A DNA stretch of 64,000 nt from Thermoplasmata archaeon. Lineage in GTDB: Archaea > Thermoplasmatota > Thermoplasmata > Lutacidiplasmatales > UBA184. The position numbers and the translations under genes were made by a program. The stretch is taken from contig DAHUXZ010000005.1 in the NCBI GenBank assembly GCA_027315455.1, positions 15,409 through 79,408 of the forward strand, read 5' to 3'. This document shows, piece after piece, positions 55,601 to 63,722 of the stretch (within the stretch, counting starts at the first letter, position 1; each line of letters begins with the position of its first letter). The notes under the pieces are model-generated. The model was not told the origin of the DNA, did not search any database, and saw only the letters and a program-made list of their open reading frames with translations.

Positions 55601-56093
55601 TGAGCGGGCTCCACGGGGGGAAGAACGTCACCTCGAGGTCGCTCAATCCCTCGAACGAGCAGGGGACGCCGGTCACCCACTCGCGGACCGAGAAGGAGCC
55701 GTACGCCTGCGCGAAGGCGCTTCCCGCCGCCGGGAGGTCGATCGGCACCGAAACGCGCGAGCCCGAGCCGCTCCCGTTCGACAGGAACGTCAGGCTCGCC
55801 TCGTCCGGCGCGAGGACGCACGGGTCGAGGAGGTTCCCGGCGACCGCCGGCGGAGTGCTCCCTCCGGCCCTCAGGGCGGCCGCGCCCGCGGCAAGGCTCG
55901 AGCAGTCGATCGCCGGCGGAGCCGGGGCGCCGGGCAACGCCGCCGCGCCCGCCGTCGCCCGTACCGACCCGCCGGCGGGACCGGCCGCCGCACCGTCCCC
56001 CCCCCGCGTCGGAGCGGAGACGACGAGCACGCAGAACGCGAGGGCGAATGCGACGACCACGGTCGGCGCGGCGGGTCGGGGGTGGACGGTCAT
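52647..56093 (-). CDS. giant surface-anchored protein: Cys-rich N-terminal domain of unknown function + FN3/PKD-type Ig repeats + C-terminal TM anchor
   Basis: 1148 aa. Signal peptide MTVHPRPAAPTVVVAFALAFCVLVVSA. PKD-like signatures (YAFRIDFGDGNAS, YTYAWAFGDGTTG...HTYPGPGAYTAVLTVTD, FLWSFGDGS...HAFGAAGQYSVNVTATD). A G7 spacer, a TM helix, then an RGRR + Pro/Glu tail. Many N-x-S/T sequons. Confidence 0.8.
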   Translation of the reverse strand: MTVHPRPAAPTVVVAFALAFCVLVVSAPTRGGDGAAAGPAGGSVRATAGAAALPGAPAPPAIDCSSLAAGAAALRAGGSTPPAVAGNLLDPCVLAPDEASLTFLSNGSGSGSRVSVPIDLPAAGSAFAQAYGSFSVREWVTGVPCSFEGLSDLEVTFFPPWSPLTPVPSPNWTLWTPAWDLVPAGSCDPSCQNASATVSVLMERFCEDDVVVAGVGDTAGPSVSDLRPGDALTLTLVGSPQGPGAMTVYLNDSTTPSASLAVSLGPSATFDGRSLRPAFKASTAAQTGWGDHGAIALAIEPCPSTYGRDGPTTCNSYSAPGLDAVDGPIVGAFSYFVPAFRSYSGAYARAATASSSGACRTGPAACADAGSYGGDGAYPLFGVNAAGGAAAFGFGGTFSAGAFGSAAVQYPNGSGPLRQFDPTVLAGVRAAANASAIVLTLRASDPIGLAGVEAAGLYCLGSATPTVQYAAASLAGGTGNSTVDGTWTADLPLPASPGTYPVWVRAASAAGTTSAPATVALAYLGGAGSCPLGAPAAPTVGSGAVVPLALGYRLNVSEPSPAIVGVNVSAVPVAGGTAVDFTFGNATTVTLSGLSPGVAYTLRVTARNAANRTSNATTVTGAATLAAFSAGLSAVPGGPLWQGGGAVAFSASAAGGSAPYAFRIDFGDGNASASNASALNFTAAHAYGDYFGDARVALTVTDAAGETVAAPALLLPIWATPLGVTAFASAGDGAVNVSWSPPASPAGPVVRYTVFFTETNASREILTAAGPANASALGLSSWNTTALSLYLAVPNGVTLYADVVAWDAQGAGQLPSASAPLSATPAPLVLGSIAAVAGGPAPFNDSFSAQATSGTNDTVESALYSFPGFTLVPARVTLLNGTIYLNATYTFPGPGTFVVVLHLFDAFYTTAIQTTTVYVSAGSPPSVSVLILNAPTYAGAAVDFEASASGGSGSYTYAWAFGDGTTGTGPLPAHTYPGPGAYTAVLTVTDNTTGGVNVTVVAVEVFQDPTVLISVYPGANGSGSFVFTAVAFGGSGPSTFLWSFGDGSVARGARVDHAFGAAGQYSVNVTATDPAGRAGNATYRLTVAPAPSGGGGGGGSLSPVALALVAALAVAAALLLIAVVYLAGRGRRLPPAEPEPEDGEVSLT

Positions 56094-56211
56094 CGGATTC
56101 GGAAAAGCGGGGGTCGGACCATAACTCCTTTCTCCCGTTACGCGCGGCGGCCCCGGGCCGTGGAGGGCGGGCGCGCCGCGGCCCGCGGGGCGGGAAGGGG
56201 TTGCCGATTCC

Positions 56212-59200
56212 CTACTCCGGGCCGGGCGGTGCTCCCATCGAGCCGTCGGACTGCAGGTGGGGGAGCTCGCTCGGCGCGGTCCCCTGGTAGGTCTGGTCGG
56301 GCTCCGCGGGCGGCGGGGGCGGCGCGCTGCCCCGACGCCGGGTGAGCAGGACCAGGCCGAGCACCGCGGCGAGCGCGACCACGGCGACGATGAGGAGGAT
56401 CGTCGTGAGGCCGATCCCTCCCCCGCCGGTGGCCTGGACGGGCGTCTGGTTCTTGCTGGTGTTGTTGGTGTTCTGCCCGCAACTCGAGCCCGTGCACGGC
56501 GCCTTGAGCAGCGTCACGTTGAGCCAGGAGACGTTGCCTGCCGAGACCGCGACCTGGGAGACCGAGGAGTTGTAGCCGGGGGAGGTCACCTTGACCGTCC
56601 AGACCTTCCCGCCGAGCAGCGGGACGCTGAACGCCCCCGACGTCGCGTTGTACGACTGGGCCCCGCCCGTCGAGCCGTTCGTCATCAGCACCTCGAGCCC
56701 CTTGAGCGCCGTCGTGGGTCCGACGGAGCCGTTGATCCAGCCCTTGTTCGTCAGGGAGACGTTGACCAGGGTCGTCCGGCCCGGCGCGACGACGATGCTC
56801 GAGAGCACCACGAGGTTGTAGCCCGCCTGCGTCGCGGTCAGGGAGTAGGTGCCGCCGGGTCGGCTCACGTTGAACGTTCCGGCGCTCGTCAGGTTGACCG
56901 TGACCCCGCCCAGCTGGACGTGGACGTTCGTCGCCGGGATCGGCGACTTCACGACGCCGTAGATCCATCCGCCGCTCAGGTAGATGTTGAGCGTCGTGAC
57001 GACCGCCGCCGGGAGCGAAACGTACTGCGAGAACGTCGTGTAGCCGGGGGCCGTGGCGTTGACCCAGTAGTCGCCCCAGGGAACGGAGACCGAGTAGCTG
57101 GTCACGCCGTTGAGGGTGGTGAGGCTGGCGAGGGTGCCGTTGATGTGGACCGTGGCGTTCGCCGGCGAGACCGTCCCCGCGATGGTCCCCGTCACGCGCA
57201 GGAGGGTGAAGTTGTGCCAGGCCGTCTGCCGGGCGGTCGTCGGCTCGAGGACCCACTGCGGCTGGTAGCCGGGGGCCGAGACGTTGACGTAGTAGGAGGC
57301 CCCCGAGGCGACCGGGATGTAGTAAAAGGCGCTCGTCGTGTTGTACGGGCTCTTCGCCTGGATAGTGTTATCGACGGTCAGCTGGAGCCCCGTCGCGTCC
57401 GGGGTGATGTACCCCGAGAGGAACGCCGCCGGGCTCGGCGCGTAGTTCGCGACCAGGCTCGTGCCGCCGGAGTAGGTGAACGTCGCGCGGTAGCTCGAGG
57501 TCGTCGTCGCGCCGGTCCAGCCCGTGAACTCGTCGATGTAGGTCGAGTTGTACGGCATCGACGGCGGCACCTGGGCCGTCTGGGTGCTGCCGGTGTCCCA
57601 GGCGAGGCGGACCGGGAGCGTGTAGGAGTTCGTCTGGCCGAACGTCGTGACCGAGGCCGTCGGCGGGTTGAGGCTCGTCGAGCTCACGTTGACCGGGATC
57701 ACGTGCGCCACGTAGAGCGCCGTGTCGCCGCCCGAGTAGCACGAGGAGCTGCGGCAGTCGGTCCACGCGGGGGTGAGGCGGCCGGCCGAGGCGACGGAGC
57801 CGAGCGTGAGGCCGATGTCGGTGATCCCCGAGCCGGGCTCGCTCGGCGCATCGGTCATGATGAACTGGCGCGACCAGGTCGCGCCGCCGTCCGTCGAGTA
57901 GACGCCGTAGACGTTGTAGTTGCCGGTCGCGGTCCCGATGCCGTAGTAGGTCACCCAGACCGTGCCGTCCGGCCCGACCGCGACCGAGGGGTCGATATAG
58001 ATCGGGTTCGTTCCGGGCGTCGAAATGATCGTCGGCGAGGTCCACGTCGACCCGCCGTTGGTGCTCCGGACGAGGTCGATCGCCGGGTAGCCCTTGCTCG
58101 TGCCGGTCTGGTTGTCCGACCAGGCGAGGTAGAGGTTGCCCGCGTACGGCGAGCCCGACCAGTTGTCGGCCGCGAGCGCGGGGTTCGTGACCGCCGGGAA
58201 GGCGTCCGGGGACGTCGTGTAGATCGGGTCGACGCCGATCGAGACGGCGTCATGGGGTGACGACCAGGTCGCGCCGCCGTTGGTCGACTTCGTGAACCCG
58301 AGGGAGATCTGGCCGGTCGTCGAGGAGTAGTTCTGGTAGTCGACGAACGCGGCGTAGACGGTGTGGGTCGCGGCCGGGCTCTCGGCGAGCGAGGGGAACT
58401 GGCCGAGGGGGCCGGTAATGTTCACCGGGGCGGACCAGGTCGTGCCCGAGTTGCTCGAATAGGAGATCTGGACCGTCGCCTGGGCCCCGAGGTACTGGCA
58501 GTTGGCCGCGTTGATGTCGATGTGCAGGATGTCCCAGCCGACGACGGCGTAGGTGCCGTTCGTCGTCACCCAGGGCTTCTCGGGGATGTCGTTGTAGTAG
58601 AGGCCGTTCGTGAACGTCGTGCAGTTCGACGGGAACGTGAGGTAGGCCGCCGGGGTCACGGCGCGCAGCTGGGTCGTCGTGCCCCAGACGGCCCCGCCGT
58701 TGGACGACGTCGCGACGGCGACGCCCCAGGGCGGGAAGTTGGCCGTCGAGGAGGACGGGCAGTTGGTGCCGACCCAGAAGCACTGGGAGACGAACATGAA
58801 CGCATCGTAGGTCATGTTGTCCGAAGCGGAGGCGACGCTCGAGGACCCCCAGGTGAGCGAGTTGTTGGTGAATCCGGACGTCGTCCAGTTGCTGGCGAGG
58901 TTAGGGAAGTTCATCTGCCAGGTCTGGCCGCCATCCGTGGACTCCCAGGCCGCCGCGCTCCCCCGCGCGCTGAGCCATGGGAAGCTCGTGCCGGTCGCGG
59001 AGCAGGGGCTGCCGGAGTTGTTGAAGAGGCTCAGGATGCTGCCGCCGCCGACCACAAGGGTCTGGTTGGACGGGCCGGCCTGCGCGATCGAGGCGCCCCC
59101 GAAGCTCTGGGGGAAGGTCGTGCCCTTCAGCACCCCCCACGACGAGCAGTCGGAGCCGGTCACCAGGAAGTTCGAGTTGGTGGAACTGAGCTGCGGGTGC

Positions 59201-59559
59201 GAGGCCGCCGCGGTCGCGGCCGAGCGGATCTGCGCGAGGTAGCTCGTCGCGGGACCCGCGGGCGCGAGCGGGTGGTCGGCGAGTCCCTGGGCGACCAGAC
59301 CGGCGATGCGGACGTTGGGCAGGACGACCGCCGGAGCCGCCGCGGGCGCCGCCAGCGGGTGCGCGGCCGACGGGGCCGCGGGCGTCCCGACGCTCCCCAG
59401 CATCCCCGGCAGCATCGCCGTTCCGGACACGGCCAGCACCGCGACGAGGAGGAAGAGGCCCGCACGGGCCAGGATCGGTCGGAGCGGGCGGGACGTCGCG
59501 TGCGTTCGCGGCAGTTCGAGCATGGTGGGTTCCGTTCCTCTGGTTCGGTCGCTTATCAT
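56212..59559 (-). CDS. giant surface-anchored BNR/Asp-box beta-propeller protein with CarboxypepD_reg-like Ig domains
   Basis: 1115 aa from ATG 59559, which overlaps the upstream stop (ATGA); an alternative ATG is at 59523. Signal peptide ...ILARAGLFLLVAVLAVSGTAM. Six Asp-boxes (ESTDGGQTW, TSSNGGAVW, SSNSGTTW, KSTNGGATW, RSTNGGSTW, YSTDGGATW; ~57865-58950). Three GxIxGxV-type beta-sandwich domains. A TM helix is followed by RRR and a Pro-rich tail. The track ORF's upstream part (to 60378) is an out-of-frame overlap. Confidence 0.8.
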   Translation of the reverse strand: MISDRTRGTEPTMLELPRTHATSRPLRPILARAGLFLLVAVLAVSGTAMLPGMLGSVGTPAAPSAAHPLAAPAAAPAVVLPNVRIAGLVAQGLADHPLAPAGPATSYLAQIRSAATAAASHPQLSSTNSNFLVTGSDCSSWGVLKGTTFPQSFGGASIAQAGPSNQTLVVGGGSILSLFNNSGSPCSATGTSFPWLSARGSAAAWESTDGGQTWQMNFPNLASNWTTSGFTNNSLTWGSSSVASASDNMTYDAFMFVSQCFWVGTNCPSSSTANFPPWGVAVATSSNGGAVWGTTTQLRAVTPAAYLTFPSNCTTFTNGLYYNDIPEKPWVTTNGTYAVVGWDILHIDINAANCQYLGAQATVQISYSSNSGTTWSAPVNITGPLGQFPSLAESPAATHTVYAAFVDYQNYSSTTGQISLGFTKSTNGGATWSSPHDAVSIGVDPIYTTSPDAFPAVTNPALAADNWSGSPYAGNLYLAWSDNQTGTSKGYPAIDLVRSTNGGSTWTSPTIISTPGTNPIYIDPSVAVGPDGTVWVTYYGIGTATGNYNVYGVYSTDGGATWSRQFIMTDAPSEPGSGITDIGLTLGSVASAGRLTPAWTDCRSSSCYSGGDTALYVAHVIPVNVSSTSLNPPTASVTTFGQTNSYTLPVRLAWDTGSTQTAQVPPSMPYNSTYIDEFTGWTGATTTSSYRATFTYSGGTSLVANYAPSPAAFLSGYITPDATGLQLTVDNTIQAKSPYNTTSAFYYIPVASGASYYVNVSAPGYQPQWVLEPTTARQTAWHNFTLLRVTGTIAGTVSPANATVHINGTLASLTTLNGVTSYSVSVPWGDYWVNATAPGYTTFSQYVSLPAAVVTTLNIYLSGGWIYGVVKSPIPATNVHVQLGGVTVNLTSAGTFNVSRPGGTYSLTATQAGYNLVVLSSIVVAPGRTTLVNVSLTNKGWINGSVGPTTALKGLEVLMTNGSTGGAQSYNATSGAFSVPLLGGKVWTVKVTSPGYNSSVSQVAVSAGNVSWLNVTLLKAPCTGSSCGQNTNNTSKNQTPVQATGGGGIGLTTILLIVAVVALAAVLGLVLLTRRRGSAPPPPPAEPDQTYQGTAPSELPHLQSDGSMGAPPGPE

Positions 59560-62500
59560 GGTTTCGGTGACTCTTCCGGCAAAAGGGCCTCGTCCGGCCC
59601 CGGCGGGGCGGGCTCCGTCGCGGGCCCGGGCGTCTCGGAAGCCTCCCCGGGTCCGCCGCCTTGGCGGCTCCGCCAGATGGCGAGGACAAGGACGAGGACG
59701 ACGGCGAGGCCCACGAGCCCCAGGGCGGCGATCGCGCTGGGGGTGAACAGCGGGTTCGACAGCGCCGGCGGGGCGACGACGACGAGGGTCGTCGTGGCGT
59801 TCGCCGTGCGGTTGAAGGGGTCGAGGACCGTGACCTCGACGGTGTAGGTCCCCGGGGCGGCGTAGGTGTGGGAGGTGAAGTTGACGGGCGTCGTCGCCGT
59901 CGCCCCATCGCCGAAGCTCCAGGTGTAGTTGTAGGTGTACGGCGGCACGAGGACCGCGACCGTCGCGGCCAGCGGGACCGGCGACCCGCTCAGGCTGGAA
60001 GCGGGTACGGATAGCGTCACGACGGGGGCGACGGGCCGGTAGATCGCTCCGACGGAGCCGGAACCGTTGAGGTAGAGGGTGTTGTTGACGACGCTCACGT
60101 TCCCCTGGGGCGCCCAGGCGACGAGGTAGCTGCCCGAGCACGGCGCCGCGACGAGCGGGTAGATGCCGTTGGGGAGCGAGAGGGCCGAGCCGTTCGGGAG
60201 GTTCGCGCCGGCGAGCCGGACCGAGCCGCAGTTCGCCGGGTAGACGAGGACGGTGAGGAGGTAGCGGATCTGCGCGAACTGGGCGGTCAGGATCGCCGAG
60301 TTCGTGAGGAAGACGAACCCCCCGCCGATCTCCGCCGAGGTGCTGTTCGACCAGCCGGTGAAGCGGTAGCCGGCGCACGGCGTCGCGGAGAGCGGGTAGC
60401 TCGCCTCTTCGGGGAGGATGACGGTCGAGTTGCCCGGGTACGTCACGCCGTTGAGCGAGATCGAGCCGCAGCCGGCGGGCTGGGTGTAGAGGTAGACGGC
60501 GACCAGCGGGCGGAAGACCGCCTCGATCGCCCCGCTATCGTTGATGTAGGCGGTGTCGCCGGCGATGGAGATCCCCCCGTAGGTGATCCAGCGCACGAAC
60601 CCGTAGCCGCCGCAGGCGACGGTCGAGATCGGGAGGACCGAGTAGCGGGCGACGTAGGTGTAGTTCGTGTTGACGAACGACGCCGCGCCGAGGTCGATGA
60701 TCCCGCAGGTCGGCGGGTCGGTCAGGAATCCCACGAACTTGTCCGGCTGGCCGGGGATGTTCGTCGCGATGAGGTAGCCCGAGCCGTTGACGACGGCGAC
60801 GTTCCCCACGACCTGGATGCCGCCCGTCCCGTTGAGGCCGAAGAGATAGTAGCCGGTGCACGACGACGCGGAGATGGTGTGGGTCGTGTTGTTCTGGACC
60901 ACGATCTGGGAGGAGTTGCGGTAGGCGGTCCCGTCGAACGTCACGGTCCCGCAGCCGGCGGGGCTCACGACGATCGTCACGATCGTGAGGACGAAGTTCA
61001 CCTCGGTGATGACGCCCGCGCCCGTGACGCTCAAGGTTCCGCCCGAGATGGAGACGCCGCCGGTCGTGTTCCACCGTAGCCATCCATAGTGGTAGCACGG
61101 GTCCGGCGCGATCGGGTAGCTGCCGGCCGCGAGGCCGATCGACTGGCCGTTCGTGTAGCCGGCGCCCCGGATCGCGATGCCCCCGCAGGTGGCGGGCGTC
61201 GTCGCGAACTGGACGGTGTTCGCGCTCGTCGTCGGAACCCAGTTCGCGGTCAGGGTGCCGTTGCCGCGCGGCGTGATGCGGGCGCCGAGGATCGTGAGGT
61301 TGCCGGTGAACGACCAGCCGGCGAACGTCTCCCCCGCGCACCCGACCTGCCCGAGCGAGTAGTTGCCCCAGTCGGGAAGGAGGACCTGGGTGCCGTTGTT
61401 CGAGTAGTTGCCGTCCAGGTAGATCTGTCCGCACGTCGTGAGCAGCGTGATCTGGTCGATGGGGCGCACGTAGTTCCAGTGCGCGAGGACGAGGCCGGAG
61501 GCGGAGACGGCCAGGGTGCCCGCCGGGGCGCCGGCGGGGCTCACGCTCAGGCCCCGGTCGAGGCTGAAGGAGGAAAAGACCCACGGGTAGCAGCCGTGGG
61601 CGGCCACGGGGTAGAAGCCGGGATTGACCGACGCCGACGAGCCGTTCGCCTCGGCCGTGCCGTTGAAGACGATGTTCGCGCAGCTCGGGTACCACGTCTG
61701 GAACGAGACGGTGAAGACGGGAAGCGGCCCGCGCTCGACGTGCGCCGTCGGGCTCGTCACCGTCGCGCCGGCGCGGTTGGTCGCGGTCACGGTGAAGTTG
61801 ATGAGCCCGTTCACGCCGGAAGGGATCGTCGCGGAGTACATCGCGTCCGTCGCCCCGCCGGCCCAGCGCGTCATCGGCACCGTCGTGGCCGTCCCGCCAG
61901 CGACCGAGTAGGTGAGGCTCGCCCCCGAGAGCGTTCCGTAGGTCTGGGGGTTCGCGGTGACGTTCACCGTTCCGCCCGTGGTGACGAACCCGGCCCGGCT
62001 CGAGTTGGTCAGGGAGTTGAAGAACAGTATCTTCATGTCGTGCGGCGCCCCGGTCGAGAACATCTCCGTCGTGGCGCCGCCGAAGTCGTTGGTCGTCGAT
62101 GGCAGCGAGTCGCCGAAGTTAAGGACCGTCCCGTTGAAGGTGAACCACGGGTAGAAGCCGGTCCCGCCGTAGGCGTCCTGGTTGAAGCAGGTCGCGAGGG
62201 TCCCGACCGTCGCGAACGGGTTGCAGACCCCGGAGGCCGACTCGGGGGCCACGTAGAGATAATCGGCGGTGAAGTTGGGCCCGACCGCGTACTTCGGCAC
62301 CCCGAAGGCCCAGGCGCCCACTCCGTCCCAGGTCGTCTGGTTGTAGGTGTCGCACGTCGCGAACGCCTGGGGGCCGATCGGGCAGGTGAGGTAGCTCACG
62401 CCGAGGCCGAACGGCATCGACCAATTGAGCAGGCAGGCGTCGGGGCACGAGGCGTTGAAGTACGGCTCGAAGGTGTAGGTCCCCGTCGTCGTCGTGTTGA

Positions 62501-63257
62501 GCGTGGTGGAGGTGTTGAGCGACGAGTTGGCGAGGTCACCGATCGAGATGTTGAGCCCCGTCGTCCCGCCGATCGTCCCGGCGAACGTCACGTTGATCCA
62601 GGAGCCCGCCGGGTACGCCGGGAAGGCCGGGCTGCTGCCCGCGAGGTCGCTGATCTCGCAGAAGTAGCTCTGGTTGAAGGTGAAGTTGAGCGCGGTCGCG
62701 GGGCAGGTGTCCGCGACGTAGTTCGAGCTGTTGAGGAGGGAGAGGACCGCGACGGTGGCGGTGTAGTTCAGGCTCGACCCCGACGCGAACGGGGTGAAGA
62801 CCACCTCCGCGTAGGACTGGCCCCACTGCGAATGGCGGTCCCCGCGGACGACCATCCCCACGTACATCTGGATGTAGGCGTTCGACTGGAGCGCCGAGCC
62901 GTCCGGGGGCAGGTAGACCGGCAGGCGCATCGACTCGCCCGAGCCGGGGGCGTTCGATGAGAAGGTGAGGTGGACCTCGTCCTGGTTGATGGGGGCGCAG
63001 GGGCCCTGGAAGATCTGGTTCGGCGTGATCGGTCCGACGCCGCCCACGGCGCCGTAGGCGGGATAGCCGGAGGGGCAGTAGACCGTGGACGGCCGAGGAT
63101 GGGCGGGGGCGGACCCCAAGGCGGCGACCGCGTGCGGGGCGACCGCCCGGGGCGCACCGGGCGGCCCGGCCGACGCACTCGGCACCGGCGCCGGAAGACC
63201 GACCAGGAGGACGAGGACGACGACGGCGAGGCTGGCGAACACGAGCCACGGTTTCAT
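59556..63257 (-). CDS. giant surface-anchored protein: Cys-rich N-terminal domain (paralogous to 52647..56093) + seven tandem Cys-pair beta-modules + PKD domain + C-terminal TM anchor
   Basis: 1233 aa. Signal peptide MKPWLVFASLAVVVLVLLVGLPAPVPSASA. PKD signature YNYTWSFGDGATATTPVNFTSHTYAAPGTYTVEVTVLD. TM helix AIAALGLVGLAVVLVLVLAIW, then RSR and a Pro/Glu tail. Dozens of N-x-S/T sequons. Confidence 0.8.
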   Translation of the reverse strand: MKPWLVFASLAVVVLVLLVGLPAPVPSASAGPPGAPRAVAPHAVAALGSAPAHPRPSTVYCPSGYPAYGAVGGVGPITPNQIFQGPCAPINQDEVHLTFSSNAPGSGESMRLPVYLPPDGSALQSNAYIQMYVGMVVRGDRHSQWGQSYAEVVFTPFASGSSLNYTATVAVLSLLNSSNYVADTCPATALNFTFNQSYFCEISDLAGSSPAFPAYPAGSWINVTFAGTIGGTTGLNISIGDLANSSLNTSTTLNTTTTGTYTFEPYFNASCPDACLLNWSMPFGLGVSYLTCPIGPQAFATCDTYNQTTWDGVGAWAFGVPKYAVGPNFTADYLYVAPESASGVCNPFATVGTLATCFNQDAYGGTGFYPWFTFNGTVLNFGDSLPSTTNDFGGATTEMFSTGAPHDMKILFFNSLTNSSRAGFVTTGGTVNVTANPQTYGTLSGASLTYSVAGGTATTVPMTRWAGGATDAMYSATIPSGVNGLINFTVTATNRAGATVTSPTAHVERGPLPVFTVSFQTWYPSCANIVFNGTAEANGSSASVNPGFYPVAAHGCYPWVFSSFSLDRGLSVSPAGAPAGTLAVSASGLVLAHWNYVRPIDQITLLTTCGQIYLDGNYSNNGTQVLLPDWGNYSLGQVGCAGETFAGWSFTGNLTILGARITPRGNGTLTANWVPTTSANTVQFATTPATCGGIAIRGAGYTNGQSIGLAAGSYPIAPDPCYHYGWLRWNTTGGVSISGGTLSVTGAGVITEVNFVLTIVTIVVSPAGCGTVTFDGTAYRNSSQIVVQNNTTHTISASSCTGYYLFGLNGTGGIQVVGNVAVVNGSGYLIATNIPGQPDKFVGFLTDPPTCGIIDLGAASFVNTNYTYVARYSVLPISTVACGGYGFVRWITYGGISIAGDTAYINDSGAIEAVFRPLVAVYLYTQPAGCGSISLNGVTYPGNSTVILPEEASYPLSATPCAGYRFTGWSNSTSAEIGGGFVFLTNSAILTAQFAQIRYLLTVLVYPANCGSVRLAGANLPNGSALSLPNGIYPLVAAPCSGSYLVAWAPQGNVSVVNNTLYLNGSGSVGAIYRPVAPVVTLSVPASSLSGSPVPLAATVAVLVPPYTYNYTWSFGDGATATTPVNFTSHTYAAPGTYTVEVTVLDPFNRTANATTTLVVVAPPALSNPLFTPSAIAALGLVGLAVVLVLVLAIWRSRQGGGPGEASETPGPATEPAPPGPDEALLPEESPKP
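60034..61728 (-). repeat. seven tandem ~77-86-aa protein modules, each with a conserved Cys pair (InlB B-repeat-like pattern)
   Basis: Each module reads roughly x-P-x-(G/T/N)-C-G-x-(I/V)-x-(L/F)-x-G...~30 aa...C-x-G-(Y/F)-x-F-x-x-W...G-S-G-x-(I/V)-x-A-x-(F/Y). Examples: PAGCGSISLNG...ATPCAGYRFTGW, PANCGSVRLAG...AAPCSGSYLVAW, PAGCGTVTFDG...ASSCTGYYLFGL. Coordinates come from residue counting and are accurate to about +/-15 nt. Confidence 0.6.
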
Positions 63258-63278
63258 GGGACCTTCCGTCCGGTGCGA

Positions 63279-63632
63279 TCAGCGGGGATCGTCCGGCTCG
63301 GTCCGTTCGCGTCCGGCCGGGGATCGCTTCTCCGGAGCGACGGGAGAGTACACCTCGAAGCTCGGCGCGATCTGGAGCTCCCGCGCCCGCCCGCGCAGGG
63401 GCCGGACCGTAGGGTGGGCACGGTCGTAGCGGCGCCGGTCGAAGTAGAGGCTCGTGCCGAAGACGGCGAGCGCGCCCCCCGCGGCCGCGACGGCGAGCTG
63501 CACGTCCCCCGCGTACGCGATCCCCGCGTAGGCGGGGATGTAGATCCCGAGGAGGAAGACGAGGACGCCCACGACCCCGACGGCGAGCCAGACGCTCGCG
63601 TCCAGGCGCAGGACGAGCGTGCTCGTGTCCAT
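63279..63632 (-). CDS. small membrane protein (2-3 TM), first gene of the surface-protein transcription unit
   Basis: 117 aa. WLAVGVVGVLVFLLGIYIPAYAGIAYAG and LAVAAAGGALAVFGTSLYF are hydrophobic helices. It ends 21 nt upstream of the 59556..63257 gene start. Confidence 0.5.
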   Translation of the reverse strand: MDTSTLVLRLDASVWLAVGVVGVLVFLLGIYIPAYAGIAYAGDVQLAVAAAGGALAVFGTSLYFDRRRYDRAHPTVRPLRGRARELQIAPSFEVYSPVAPEKRSPAGRERTEPDDPR

Positions 63633-63722
63633 CGCCGCGTCACCGGGGCCGCCCGGTCCCCCGTCCCCCGTGCCGGTGCGCCCCGTCCGCCGTCCATCTC
63701 ACGCCGATACCCCCGCTCCTTC

